A DNA stretch of 64,000 bases from an uncultured Gammaproteobacteria bacterium (GTDB lineage: Bacteria; Patescibacteriota; Microgenomatia; Levybacterales; UBA12049), in the NCBI GenBank assembly GCA_964553245.1, contig CAZKJM010000001.1, positions 362,667 to 426,666 of the forward strand, read 5' to 3'. A program made the position numbers and the translations under genes. The notes beneath the pieces were generated by a model, which saw nothing but the letters and a program-made list of their open reading frames with translations, did not search any database and was not told the origin of the DNA. Position 1 is the stretch's first letter; every line of letters begins with the position of its first letter. Positions 50,626-59,907 of this stretch are shown here, piece by piece.

Positions 50626-52233
50626 ATGAAAACTGCCATATTCTGCCGAGTAAGCAGTAAAGAACAAGAGGAAACAGGCTACTCCCTGCCAGCCCAGGAA
50701 AAGTTCTTAAACGAGTATCGAGACAAGCGTGGGTTTGAATCGGGAAAAGTATTCTCCATCTCTGAATCCGCGAGCGGAAAGAAACAAAGACAGTTATTCG
50801 ACCAGATGATGGCGTATGTCAAAAAAACCGATACGAAAATCTTAATCTGTGAGAAGGCAGACCGAATGACTCGCAATTTCAAAGACATGGTTATGATCGA
50901 TGAATGGCTTGAGGAAGACGAGGAAAGAGAAGTTCACCTAGTTAAAGACTCTCTTGTCCTTAATAAGAATTCCCGCTCCCAAGAAAAATTAAACTGGGGT
51001 ATCCGTATCCTATTTGCGAAAAACTACATAGACAACCTATCCGAAGAAGTAAAGAAGGGACAAAAAGAAAAGATTGCCCAGGGGTGGCTACCAACCAAAC
51101 CGCCAAACGGTTACAAGACCATTGGTGAGACTGGGCATAAAATCCATGTCATCGACGAGGACACCGCTCCTTTTGTGAGGAAAATGTTTGAACTATATCT
51201 CACAGGCAACTATTCAACTAAACGGTTATCCAAGAAAATGTATGCCGAGGGCATGAGATCGCAATTAGGGCACAAGCTTCCACACAGCAGAATCCATTCC
51301 CTGCTGCGTGAACCTTTTTATATTGGTAAAATTAAATGGAACGACGAGTTGTATGAAGGTAAACATCAGCCGTTGATTACCGTCGAGCAATTTAATAAAG
51401 TCCAGGCTATGCTTACTAGCAGAACCACACCCAAATACCGCAAGCACAATTTCCTCTTCCGAGGGCTTATCAAATGTGCTGGTTGCCACAACTCAATCAC
51501 CTTCGAAACGGCTAAGGGTCATATTTACGGTCATTGCAACCATTACCATGAATGCCCACAAACAACCTGGGTCAAGGAATATGAAGTTGAAGATCAGCTT
51601 TTAGAAGGCTTTGAAACCTTAAAAATCCAGAATGGTCGTATTGTTGATTGGCTTAAGAAGGCGCTCAAGGAAAGCCATCAAGACGAGGTTGAATATCACA
51701 ACAGCACTGTTAGCGAGCTTGAAGCCCGCTATGAAGCGGTGCAGAAGCGATTGGACAAATTGTATGACGATAAGCTCGATGAGAAAATCACTTCAGACTT
51801 CTACAACAGAAAATTCAAACAATACTCAGATGAGAAAGACGAGGTAACTGAGTCTATAAAGAAACACTCCCAGGCAAGCACAAGCTACATCAACTTAGGA
51901 GTGAACCTCTACGAGCTTTCACAGAGAGCCAAGGAGTTATACCTGCAAGCGAGAGCTAAAGGCATGATAGATGAGCAAAGGGCATTAATCAGGTTTATCT
52001 TCGCCACATTAACGGTTAATGAGGGAAAACTCAGCTATACCTACAGCAAGACATTTAAAATCCTCTCTGAGGCAGTCGAAGCGACCAACGGTTCGAAAGT
52101 GGATAAAACAGACGACTTGGAAAATAAAAAATTCGAACTTACAAAAAAGCCCGACAGTTCAACACAAAAGGACGCTTTGTTGCCTCTGCGTCCCATCTGG
52201 CTCCCCCGCGAGGATTCGAACCTCGAACCTTGA
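50626..52233 (+). CDS. Large serine recombinase (resolvase, recombinase and Zn-ribbon domains)
   Basis: FCRVSSKEQ, ESAS, DRMTRN, PPNGY, YIG, H.PLI, CAGC; tail WLPREDSNLEP is antisense tRNA. Confidence 0.95.
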   Translation: MKTAIFCRVSSKEQEETGYSLPAQEKFLNEYRDKRGFESGKVFSISESASGKKQRQLFDQMMAYVKKTDTKILICEKADRMTRNFKDMVMIDEWLEEDEEREVHLVKDSLVLNKNSRSQEKLNWGIRILFAKNYIDNLSEEVKKGQKEKIAQGWLPTKPPNGYKTIGETGHKIHVIDEDTAPFVRKMFELYLTGNYSTKRLSKKMYAEGMRSQLGHKLPHSRIHSLLREPFYIGKIKWNDELYEGKHQPLITVEQFNKVQAMLTSRTTPKYRKHNFLFRGLIKCAGCHNSITFETAKGHIYGHCNHYHECPQTTWVKEYEVEDQLLEGFETLKIQNGRIVDWLKKALKESHQDEVEYHNSTVSELEARYEAVQKRLDKLYDDKLDEKITSDFYNRKFKQYSDEKDEVTESIKKHSQASTSYINLGVNLYELSQRAKELYLQARAKGMIDEQRALIRFIFATLTVNEGKLSYTYSKTFKILSEAVEATNGSKVDKTDDLENKKFELTKKPDSSTQKDALLPLRPIWLPREDSNLEP

Positions 52234-52478
52234 AGTTACACTTAATCTCCGATTTTCATCGAAGCGTGGACTATCTCATAGCCATATCTTCTTCAGATTT
52301 AGGCTCCAGGCGTATAGTCTCTGAACCTTCCCCGATATAATCGAGACTTGGCTGCGGATTACCTCGCATTTCTGCAGGGGCTTCCCGACAATTAACCCAG
52401 TTTTCACTCCGATGTTTCCATCGAAGGCTGCAATTTCAAATACTACAGCTTCCTGCTCTACCATTGAGCTACAGGGGA
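52198..52478 (-). tRNA. tRNA-Asn(GUU) split by an intron; exons 52445-52478 and 52198-52238
   Basis: Spliced: TCCCCTGTAGCTCAATGGTAGAGCAGGAAGCTGT^TAACTTCAAGGTTCGAGGTTCGAATCCTCGCGGGGGAGCCA. Confidence 0.92.
52239..52444 (-). ncRNA. Group I intron (206 nt) inside anticodon, position 35/36
   Basis: U before 5' splice site, terminal G; AATCCGCAGCCAAG, GTTCAGAGACTA and AGATAGTCC core motifs. Confidence 0.88.
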
Positions 52479-53167
52479 ATATCTGCTATTTTACCATCAA
52501 ACAGAGCAAGAATCCACCCCATAATTTTACGATGTATCATGGAATCACTAAAGCGAATAGTAAAAACGCCATACTTGTGAATGTTTTTTCTAATTTTTTT
52601 AGTATCTTTTTTTATTTTAGCGATATAAGTTTTATTAAACTGATTTAGCGGAATTCCTGTCAATTTTGACCAAAATATTTTTGCCTTTTTTTCATCTAAT
52701 TCTTCATGAATCCAAATCACTCCTCTAATTCTATCTGGGGAAATCTTGGTAAATCTTAAAAACCATTGCATCATAAATTTAATCAACAGAGGGTCGGAGT
52801 TAGCAAATCCTACATTATGATCTCTTTTGGTTCCCTCAGCCGCATATAAAGCAACCCCTGCTATAAAGCTTTCCCTATCATTTATTTTTCCTATGTCTTT
52901 TCTTGCCTCTTTTCTTGCCTTGTTCGTCTTGAGTATTCTTTCCTGGCGCTTATTTTCAGCAGCAACCAAAGACCCTCTCTTCTGACCAAACATTTTATTA
53001 CTTAAAAGTCTTAATTTTTGTTTTTCAGTCAAAGAAATATCTTTACACCAATCACTTAAGGTGCTTTTTTGCACATCAATCTGCCGTTGAATTTCTCCAT
53101 AAGACAAACCTTGCCTTCTTAATTCTTGCGCCTTTAATTTATCTTCCAATCTACCAAAATAGCCCAT
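52469..53167 (-). CDS. HTH plus LAGLIDADG-like protein overlapping the tRNA 5' end
   Basis: G.SY.EI...KSTLS.W; AGVALYAAEG.K; FANSDP. Confidence 0.65.
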   Translation of the reverse strand: MGYFGRLEDKLKAQELRRQGLSYGEIQRQIDVQKSTLSDWCKDISLTEKQKLRLLSNKMFGQKRGSLVAAENKRQERILKTNKARKEARKDIGKINDRESFIAGVALYAAEGTKRDHNVGFANSDPLLIKFMMQWFLRFTKISPDRIRGVIWIHEELDEKKAKIFWSKLTGIPLNQFNKTYIAKIKKDTKKIRKNIHKYGVFTIRFSDSMIHRKIMGWILALFDGKIADIPL

Positions 53168-53358
53168 TAATTTAATCTTAATCTGCGAACTATCAAAAAA
53201 CAAGTGAGTAAGGATATATACCAAGGTTCGAATAATTAAAGCTTCTTAAAACTAAGAAGTTTTACTTGTCATCATAGTCAGAGTTGTGGAGCATATAGCA
53301 GGTTTCATCTCTACGATTATCTGAAGCTTAGTAAACAAAAAGGGGTAAAGTTATAAAA

Positions 53359-54681
53359 TTAGCTTATTAGTTTTTTTTCTTTAAGGATTTTTTCGATTTG
53401 TTTTTTTGCCTCTTTTGGAACTTCGTATTTTACTCTTGTTGCCGGTTTATTTATTTTTATAAATCTTTCTAAGTTAATCGGCGTTCCTATTACAACCGAA
53501 TCACACTTAACTTTATTAATTGTTATTTCCAGATCTTTTACTTGTTCGTTGCTGTATCCCATTGCCGGAAGAAGAGTGCCGATGTTTGGGTATTGTTTAA
53601 AAGTTTCCTTTATTTTTCCAACTAAATAAGGGCGCGGATCAATAAGCTGTTTTGCGCCGTATTTTTTAGAAGCAGTAATTCCTGCTCCGGTTTTCATTTC
53701 GCCATGGGTTAAGGTTGGCCCATCCTCAATTACCAAAACTTTTTTGTTTTTTATTAAATCAGGCTTTTCTGTTGTAACTTCTGACTCTGTTTTAACAATT
53801 TCCGCTTTTGGATTATATTTTCTAATATTTTCTATTAATTTATATAAGTCTTCTTTTTTAGCATCATTAACTTTATTAACAACCACTAAGTCAGCAAGTC
53901 TTAAGTTTACTTCACCCGGATAATAACCTATTTCGTGTCCTGGTCTTAAAGGATCAACAACCGTTATTGTAAAATCGGGAACATAAAAAGAAGTATCATT
54001 GTTTCCTCCATCCCAAATAACAATATCTGCTTCTTTTTCCGCTTGTCTTAGAATTCCTTCATAATCAACACCTGCGTAAATAATATTTCCGATTGAAATA
54101 TGCGGCTCGTATTCTTCCATTTCCTCAATTGTGCATTTATGTTTTTTAAGATCCGCTATTGTTTCAAATCTTTGGATTTTTTGTTTCTCCAAATCCCCAT
54201 ACGGCATTGGATGTCTTACTAAGACTACTTTTTTACCTGATTTTTTTAATATATTTACAACCGCCCTTGATACCGGACTTTTACCACAGCCTGTTCTTAC
54301 TGCAACTATTGCAATTACCGGTTTTTTACTTTTTAGCATTGTTTTTGTAGCAGAAAGAATAGAAAATTTTGCACCGGCAGTAATTACTCTTGATGCTAAA
54401 TGCATTACTGTACCATAAGATAAATCACTGTATGACAAAACACACTCATCAATCTTTTTTTCTTGAATAATTTTTTCCAAGTCTTTTTCTTCCAAAATCG
54501 GTATTCCTTTTGGATAAAGTTTTCCGGCTAAGCTTTTTGGGTATTTTCTTCCGGCAATATCCGGAATCTGATTGGCTGTAAAGGCAACTACTTGATAATT
54601 AGTATTGTTTTTAAAAACGACGTTAAAGTTGTGGAAATCTCGTCCTGCGGCTCCGATTATTACAATTTTAGTTTTAATCAT
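53359..54681 (-). CDS. COG2403 P-loop protein (cDPG-synthetase/arginine-synthetase-like)
   Basis: GAAGRDFHNFN, RTGCGKS, RHPMPYG, WDGGNND, EDGPT. Confidence 0.8.
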   Translation of the reverse strand: MIKTKIVIIGAAGRDFHNFNVVFKNNTNYQVVAFTANQIPDIAGRKYPKSLAGKLYPKGIPILEEKDLEKIIQEKKIDECVLSYSDLSYGTVMHLASRVITAGAKFSILSATKTMLKSKKPVIAIVAVRTGCGKSPVSRAVVNILKKSGKKVVLVRHPMPYGDLEKQKIQRFETIADLKKHKCTIEEMEEYEPHISIGNIIYAGVDYEGILRQAEKEADIVIWDGGNNDTSFYVPDFTITVVDPLRPGHEIGYYPGEVNLRLADLVVVNKVNDAKKEDLYKLIENIRKYNPKAEIVKTESEVTTEKPDLIKNKKVLVIEDGPTLTHGEMKTGAGITASKKYGAKQLIDPRPYLVGKIKETFKQYPNIGTLLPAMGYSNEQVKDLEITINKVKCDSVVIGTPINLERFIKINKPATRVKYEVPKEAKKQIEKILKEKKLIS

Positions 54682-54747
54682 TAGAACTTAAAATAAATTC
54701 TAATACTAAAGGATAGTTAAATTAAAAAGAAAAAACAAGGGGCAATT

Positions 54748-56115
54748 TTAAACAAAAAGAAGCCCTGCAAAGCTAAACATTATTACAACAAACATACCGA
54801 TCGCAAATTTATAAGCAAACTCTTTTTTGCCCTGAATAAAGCTATAGAATGACTTTGCTATTAAATTAACTGTGCTAATTAAAATAAACGCTAAAATTGC
54901 CGTTTCGAGATCAATGGTTTTACCAACTAGGGTAGAAACGTTAATAATTGCAGCATCTGTTCCTGTTAAAGAAGCAATTGCGGAGGCAATATAAAATCCA
55001 CTTTGCCCAAAATACAAAAGCGCAATCTGGCTTACAATTTTAATTGTTAAAAATAGAAAAGCAAACTTTATTGCCGGAATCATTGCAAATATTTCGGTCT
55101 CTTTTTCTTTGTTTAAGCTTTTTTCTTCATTGTTAACTTTGCCTTTTTTTAGAAGAAAAAATAATCCTACCAAAAATGCTCCGAATATCGTAGAAGACCA
55201 AACCGGAGTTACACTAACTAAATATGGTCCGTTAATAGATGCCATTAAGATAAATAGGGAAAAATAGCTTACTAAATTAGCAAAAACAGCAGATGCAACA
55301 AGGCTATTTGTGTTTTTTCCGGTTTTGCTTTCCTGAGCAAGTGATTGTGTCGTTGCAGTTGAAGAAATAAATCCTCCTACCATACTTGCCAGAAGCAATC
55401 CTTTTTTCTTACCGATTGTTCTTTCTAAAATATATCCTGCCATATCTACTCCAGTTATAATTGCAATGATAAACCAAAGATTAAACGGATTTATCAACTC
55501 TATTTTTGATAAATCCCCCGCCTGAACACCATAAGTTGATAAAAGATTAATAAAACCAGGAATATCGGAAAGTGAATAGGACTGATTTGGTAAAAAAGGC
55601 AGAATCACAACCGCAATTAAAGCATAGCTTATAAAAGCGTTTATCTCTTCTCTTTGAATTCCTTTAATAGCTAAATTAACTGCTTCTTTTTTAGAAAGAA
55701 TTAAAGTTAGCACAATGGTAATCGCAAAAATTATTTGCAGTGGGAAAAACTCGGTTGAAATTAAAAATCCGATAATAAAAGTGAGCATTATTGCTAGTTC
55801 TGTTGTAATTCCAAAATCCTTAGTAATTAAGCTGTTAATAACATAATATGCTATGGATAAAATAAAAAAAGATGATGCTATAATAAGCGCTATTGATTGA
55901 TAATTATTAATAAGAAGTCCCGTTATGACACCAAGTGTGCTAATTAAAGAAAAGGTACGTACTCCTGCTAAATGAAATTCGCTTTCCAAGCCTTTTTCTT
56001 CTTTTGGTTTTTCAATAATATCTCTTGATTCTCTTTCGAGTCCAATTAAAAGACCCATTACTAACCCTAGTAAAAGTTTTAACGGCAAAATAAGATGCAT
56101 ATTTACATTATACAA
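54748..56115 (-). CDS. MgtC/SapB plus DUF4010 membrane protein
   Basis: IGLERE, AGVRTF, GITTE, LPFLP, GGFISSTA. Confidence 0.88.
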   Translation of the reverse strand: MYNVNMHLILPLKLLLGLVMGLLIGLERESRDIIEKPKEEKGLESEFHLAGVRTFSLISTLGVITGLLINNYQSIALIIASSFFILSIAYYVINSLITKDFGITTELAIMLTFIIGFLISTEFFPLQIIFAITIVLTLILSKKEAVNLAIKGIQREEINAFISYALIAVVILPFLPNQSYSLSDIPGFINLLSTYGVQAGDLSKIELINPFNLWFIIAIITGVDMAGYILERTIGKKKGLLLASMVGGFISSTATTQSLAQESKTGKNTNSLVASAVFANLVSYFSLFILMASINGPYLVSVTPVWSSTIFGAFLVGLFFLLKKGKVNNEEKSLNKEKETEIFAMIPAIKFAFLFLTIKIVSQIALLYFGQSGFYIASAIASLTGTDAAIINVSTLVGKTIDLETAILAFILISTVNLIAKSFYSFIQGKKEFAYKFAIGMFVVIMFSFAGLLFV

Positions 56116-56141
56116 ATCACTGAAGATGAATTACAAATGGA

Positions 56142-57224
56142 TTAACCGAGGTAATCTTTTAGTTTATTTCCTCTAGAGGGATGTCTTAGCTTTCTCAGTG
56201 CTTTTGCCTCGATTTGCCTGATTCTTTCCCTTGTTACAGCAAACATTTTCCCAACTTCTTCCAAAGTTTTTGGTCTTCCGTCTTTTAAACCGAATCTTTC
56301 TTCCAAAACCCTTTTTTCCCTGTCGGAAAGCGTTGACAATACCTGCTCCACCTGCTCTTTTAATAATTCCCTTGAGGCAGTGTCAAAAAGCGTTGGGGCG
56401 GATGAATCGTGAATAAAATCACCAAGTCTTGAGTCTTCCTCGTCACCAACAGGTGATTCAAGGCTTGCCGGCTCTTGAGAAATCTTAATTATTTCAAGCG
56501 CTTTCTCAGGATCAATACCTAATGTTTTTGCAACTTCTTCCGGAGTCGGTTCTCTCCCTAATTCCTGCATTAACTTTCTAGATGCTCTTAAAAACCTGTT
56601 TATGTTTTCTACCATATGAACAGGAATTCTAATTGTTCTTGCCTGATCAGCAATTGCTCTTGTAATGGATTGTCTTATCCACCAAGTTGCGTAAGTGGAA
56701 AATTTAAATCCTCTTTGCCAATCATATTTTTCGACCGCTCTTATTAATCCCTGATTTCCTTCTTGGATTAAATCCAAGAGCGTTAATCCTCTACCAACGT
56801 ATTTTTTTGCAATTGAAACAACTAACCTTAGGTTTGAATTAACCAATGTCGCTTTTGCTCTTTTATCTCCCTTTTCTACTCTTTTTGCAAGAGAAATTTC
56901 CTGATCAAAAGTTAAAAGAGGAATTCTTCCGATTTCTTTTAAGTACATTCTTACCGGATCGGAAACTGTTCCTTCGGTAAGAACAGTTAATGCCTCCAGC
57001 TCTTTTTCCAAATCCTCGATTGGTTTTTGATCGTCTTTTTCTGCTGCAACGGATTCAAAAACATCTATATCTGAATTTAAAAGTTTGTTATAAAGTTCGT
57101 CTAGTTCGACAATGTGTTCTTCCGGATGCGGGAAAATGGATAAAATCTCGTCCTGAGTTATGTAACCTCTTTTTTTAGCTGACACTACAATATCACCCAA
57201 GATATTTGGTTGCTTTTGCTTCAT
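56142..57224 (-). CDS. rpoD: RNA polymerase primary sigma factor
   Basis: [31 protein letters not shown]. Confidence 0.98.
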   Translation of the reverse strand: MKQKQPNILGDIVVSAKKRGYITQDEILSIFPHPEEHIVELDELYNKLLNSDIDVFESVAAEKDDQKPIEDLEKELEALTVLTEGTVSDPVRMYLKEIGRIPLLTFDQEISLAKRVEKGDKRAKATLVNSNLRLVVSIAKKYVGRGLTLLDLIQEGNQGLIRAVEKYDWQRGFKFSTYATWWIRQSITRAIADQARTIRIPVHMVENINRFLRASRKLMQELGREPTPEEVAKTLGIDPEKALEIIKISQEPASLESPVGDEEDSRLGDFIHDSSAPTLFDTASRELLKEQVEQVLSTLSDREKRVLEERFGLKDGRPKTLEEVGKMFAVTRERIRQIEAKALRKLRHPSRGNKLKDYLG

Positions 57225-57269
57225 AAGAATTAACCTATTTTAGCACGTTGAGCCTATAAAAGAAACTGT

Positions 57270-59045
57270 CTATATGTTCTTAGGAAGCTTACTAATAATT
57301 AAAGATAGTTCTTTTTCTAAGGCTTCGGTTATTTCTAAGTTATTTTCCTGCTTTGCCTTCTTGAGTTTTTCCGAAATAATTTTTATTTTTTCTTTACCGT
57401 CAATTAAAACCATTTCTTTAACTACTTTTTCCAACTCCTCACTGTATTTTTTTAAATTCTCAAAATCAGATATGGGAAAAATGTAACAAGCATCAAAGGT
57501 TGGCAAAAGTTCCTTTGGTAAAGCACTTGAGAATTTTTTATGATCAAATTCTTCTATGTTTTTAAAATAGTTTATTAAGTAATCCAATATTCTTTTAATG
57601 GCTGGTATTTGAAAAGAATAATTGCTTAATATTGTATTGACCGATTGAAACAATTGTCTTTGGTTTTTACCCTGAATAACCAAAGACAAAAAGTATTCTT
57701 CCAAAATCTCTTTTCTTATTTTTTTATCTTTCCTTTTTATAAAAACACCTTCTTCTTTTTTGCCGCTTTGGATTTTTTGAACCTGTTTAATCAAAGATTC
57801 ATAGGAAACCTCTATTTCTTTACTTAATAATTTTAGATAATGCTCTTTTACTATTTCGTTTTCTATCTGGGAAAGTATTGGAAGAAGCTCGTCTGTAATA
57901 TTTCTTTTTCCTTCGATTTTATTTTTATTGTTCTTAGCAATTGTTCTTGAAATTAAATAATCGTATACACCGATTTCATTTTTAACTGCTTTTTTAAATT
58001 CGATCGGGTCATTTTTAATCGCTTCATCAGGATCTTTTCCGTTGGAGATTAGAATAACCGTTGTTGTTAATCCTCTTTTTTCTAAAACCGCAAGGCTTCT
58101 TTTAATAGCCTCAAATCCGGCTTCGTCTTGATCAAGACATAAAGTAACTTTTTGACAAAACCTGGACAAAAGTATTGCCTGATTTTCCGTTAATGCAGTC
58201 CCCTTTATAGCAACAACATTTTTAATTCCCTCCTTAACCATTGATATCAAATCAAATTCCCCCTCAACTACGATCACTTGGTTTTGTTTTTTTATTTCTT
58301 CTTTTGCAAGGTCCAACCCGAAAAATAATTCACCTTTGTGATATACAGGCGTATCCTTGGTGTTTATATATTTTGGGCCATCCGCTGCGCTTGATTCCTC
58401 AAAAGTTCTTGCCGAAAAACCGACAATGTTTCCTCTATGATCTTTTAAAGGAAACATAATCCTGCCTTTAAAAAAATCAATTATTCTTCCTCTTATTTCA
58501 AAACTTAAACCAGCTTCGATTAAATCTTTTTTTTCTGTCTTTTTCTTATTAATTAAATAATTGGAAAGACTGCTTATTCTCGGAGAAAAACCGATTGAAA
58601 AAGTTTCTATTAAGCCTTTATTCATTTTTCGTTTTTCAAAAAGATAATCTAATGCCTTTTTTCCAACGGAATGGTTTAGCAAAAGATAAGAGTAAAATTT
58701 GGCTGCTTTTTCGTTTAAATTATAAATTTTTTCTTTTTTACCCTGATTTCCTTTATCAAAAATATAATCCTTTAATTCAACTCCTGCTTTTTTAGCTAAA
58801 ATTCTTAAAGCCTCTGGAAACTCAAGGTTTTCATACTCCATTAAAAAAGTAAAAGCATCCCCGCCTTTTCCGCAACCAAAACAATGCCAAATCTGTCTTT
58901 CCGGGGAAATAACAAAAGAGGGTGTTTTTTCGTTATGGAAAGGACAAACAGCCTTAAAATTTCTACCCGCCTTTTTAAGCGAAAGATATTCCGATATTAA
59001 ACTTACGATATCTATTTTTTCCCTGACTTGATTTACCTGATCCAT
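57270..59045 (-). CDS. dnaG: DNA primase
   Basis: CPFH.EKTPSF, KYIN, VEGEFD, KDPD. Confidence 0.98.
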   Translation of the reverse strand: MDQVNQVREKIDIVSLISEYLSLKKAGRNFKAVCPFHNEKTPSFVISPERQIWHCFGCGKGGDAFTFLMEYENLEFPEALRILAKKAGVELKDYIFDKGNQGKKEKIYNLNEKAAKFYSYLLLNHSVGKKALDYLFEKRKMNKGLIETFSIGFSPRISSLSNYLINKKKTEKKDLIEAGLSFEIRGRIIDFFKGRIMFPLKDHRGNIVGFSARTFEESSAADGPKYINTKDTPVYHKGELFFGLDLAKEEIKKQNQVIVVEGEFDLISMVKEGIKNVVAIKGTALTENQAILLSRFCQKVTLCLDQDEAGFEAIKRSLAVLEKRGLTTTVILISNGKDPDEAIKNDPIEFKKAVKNEIGVYDYLISRTIAKNNKNKIEGKRNITDELLPILSQIENEIVKEHYLKLLSKEIEVSYESLIKQVQKIQSGKKEEGVFIKRKDKKIRKEILEEYFLSLVIQGKNQRQLFQSVNTILSNYSFQIPAIKRILDYLINYFKNIEEFDHKKFSSALPKELLPTFDACYIFPISDFENLKKYSEELEKVVKEMVLIDGKEKIKIISEKLKKAKQENNLEITEALEKELSLIISKLPKNI

Positions 59046-59118
59046 AAGAGGTACGCCTATTTTAACACGTTATAGATTAATTTTCCCACTGGACTAAAAA
59101 ATAAATATTTGTTAAGTT

Positions 59119-59868
59119 TTGATTATGAATTATAAGGCAATTATCTTTGACGTTGACGGAACTTTAATTAACAAATTTGATGGCAAAATAAGTAATATGG
59201 TAATAAAAGCCGTTAAAAAAGCAAAGAAAAAAATTCATATCTCAATAGCTACGGGAAGACCAAGACACGCAGTTGAAAAAATTATAAAGGACTTAGACCT
59301 TGACGGATTAGCAATATTATGTGATGGAGCACAAATAATAAACCTCAGAACAAACGAAGTTTTATTTCAGCAAGAAATTGAAAAAGAAGATTTTTTAAAA
59401 ACATTAAAAATTATTAAAAAATTTAATTGCGAATATTGTATCCTTGATGACAATAGAGATATCTCTTATAAAGAGAAATATACATACAAAACTCCTTTAT
59501 CTGTCTTTTCTTTTAATCTTAGTGATAAACTTGCTGATAATCTAATAAAAGAATTATCGATTCTCTCTAATATTTCTATTTATAAAATTCATAAGTGGGG
59601 CGATCAAGAAAAAGCAGGGGTAGTTGTTTCGCATATTAAAGCAACTAAACAACATGCAATCTTAGAGTATTCAAAATTATTGGGTATAAACACGCATGAA
59701 ATAATCGGTGTCGGAGATTCATACAATGATTTCCCAATGTTTATGGCTTGTGGACTAAGAATAGCTATGGGAAATGCTATTAATGAATTAAAAGAAATCG
59801 CGGACTATATAGCACCATCTGTAGATGAAGATGGAGTTGTTAAAGTAATAGAAAAATTCATTCTTTAA
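59119..59868 (+). CDS. Cof-type HAD hydrolase
   Basis: DVDGTL, ATGR, GDSYND, AMGNA. Confidence 0.92.
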   Translation: MIMNYKAIIFDVDGTLINKFDGKISNMVIKAVKKAKKKIHISIATGRPRHAVEKIIKDLDLDGLAILCDGAQIINLRTNEVLFQQEIEKEDFLKTLKIIKKFNCEYCILDDNRDISYKEKYTYKTPLSVFSFNLSDKLADNLIKELSILSNISIYKIHKWGDQEKAGVVVSHIKATKQHAILEYSKLLGINTHEIIGVGDSYNDFPMFMACGLRIAMGNAINELKEIADYIAPSVDEDGVVKVIEKFIL

Positions 59869-59907
59869 TTTATTTTCCGAAAGTTTTTTTAATGATACTA
59901 TACTTAT

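Larger units (their letters stand above)
19571..52203. mobile_element. Tandem cassette/island array integrated at tRNA-Asn 3' end
   Basis: Twelve same-orientation junctions (cores at 19571, 21384, 22279, 25697, 26233, 26642, 34499, 35678, 35724, 36785, 36841, 36887) plus the tRNA end core at 52200. Confidence 0.8.
36886..52203 (+). mobile_element. 15.3 kb integrative defence island with large serine recombinase
   Basis: GGCTC at both ends; visibly more GC-rich than flanks; recombinase reads into tRNA; DUF5659/SpoVG-like module; type III RM. Confidence 0.88.

Noticed and set aside
36886-52203. Prophage or ICE
   Set aside because: No capsid, large terminase, tail, relaxase or T4SS genes recognised.
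52276-52648. ORFs 52276-52464 and 52412-52648
   Set aside because: Shadow frames over the intron, the tRNA and the adjacent gene.
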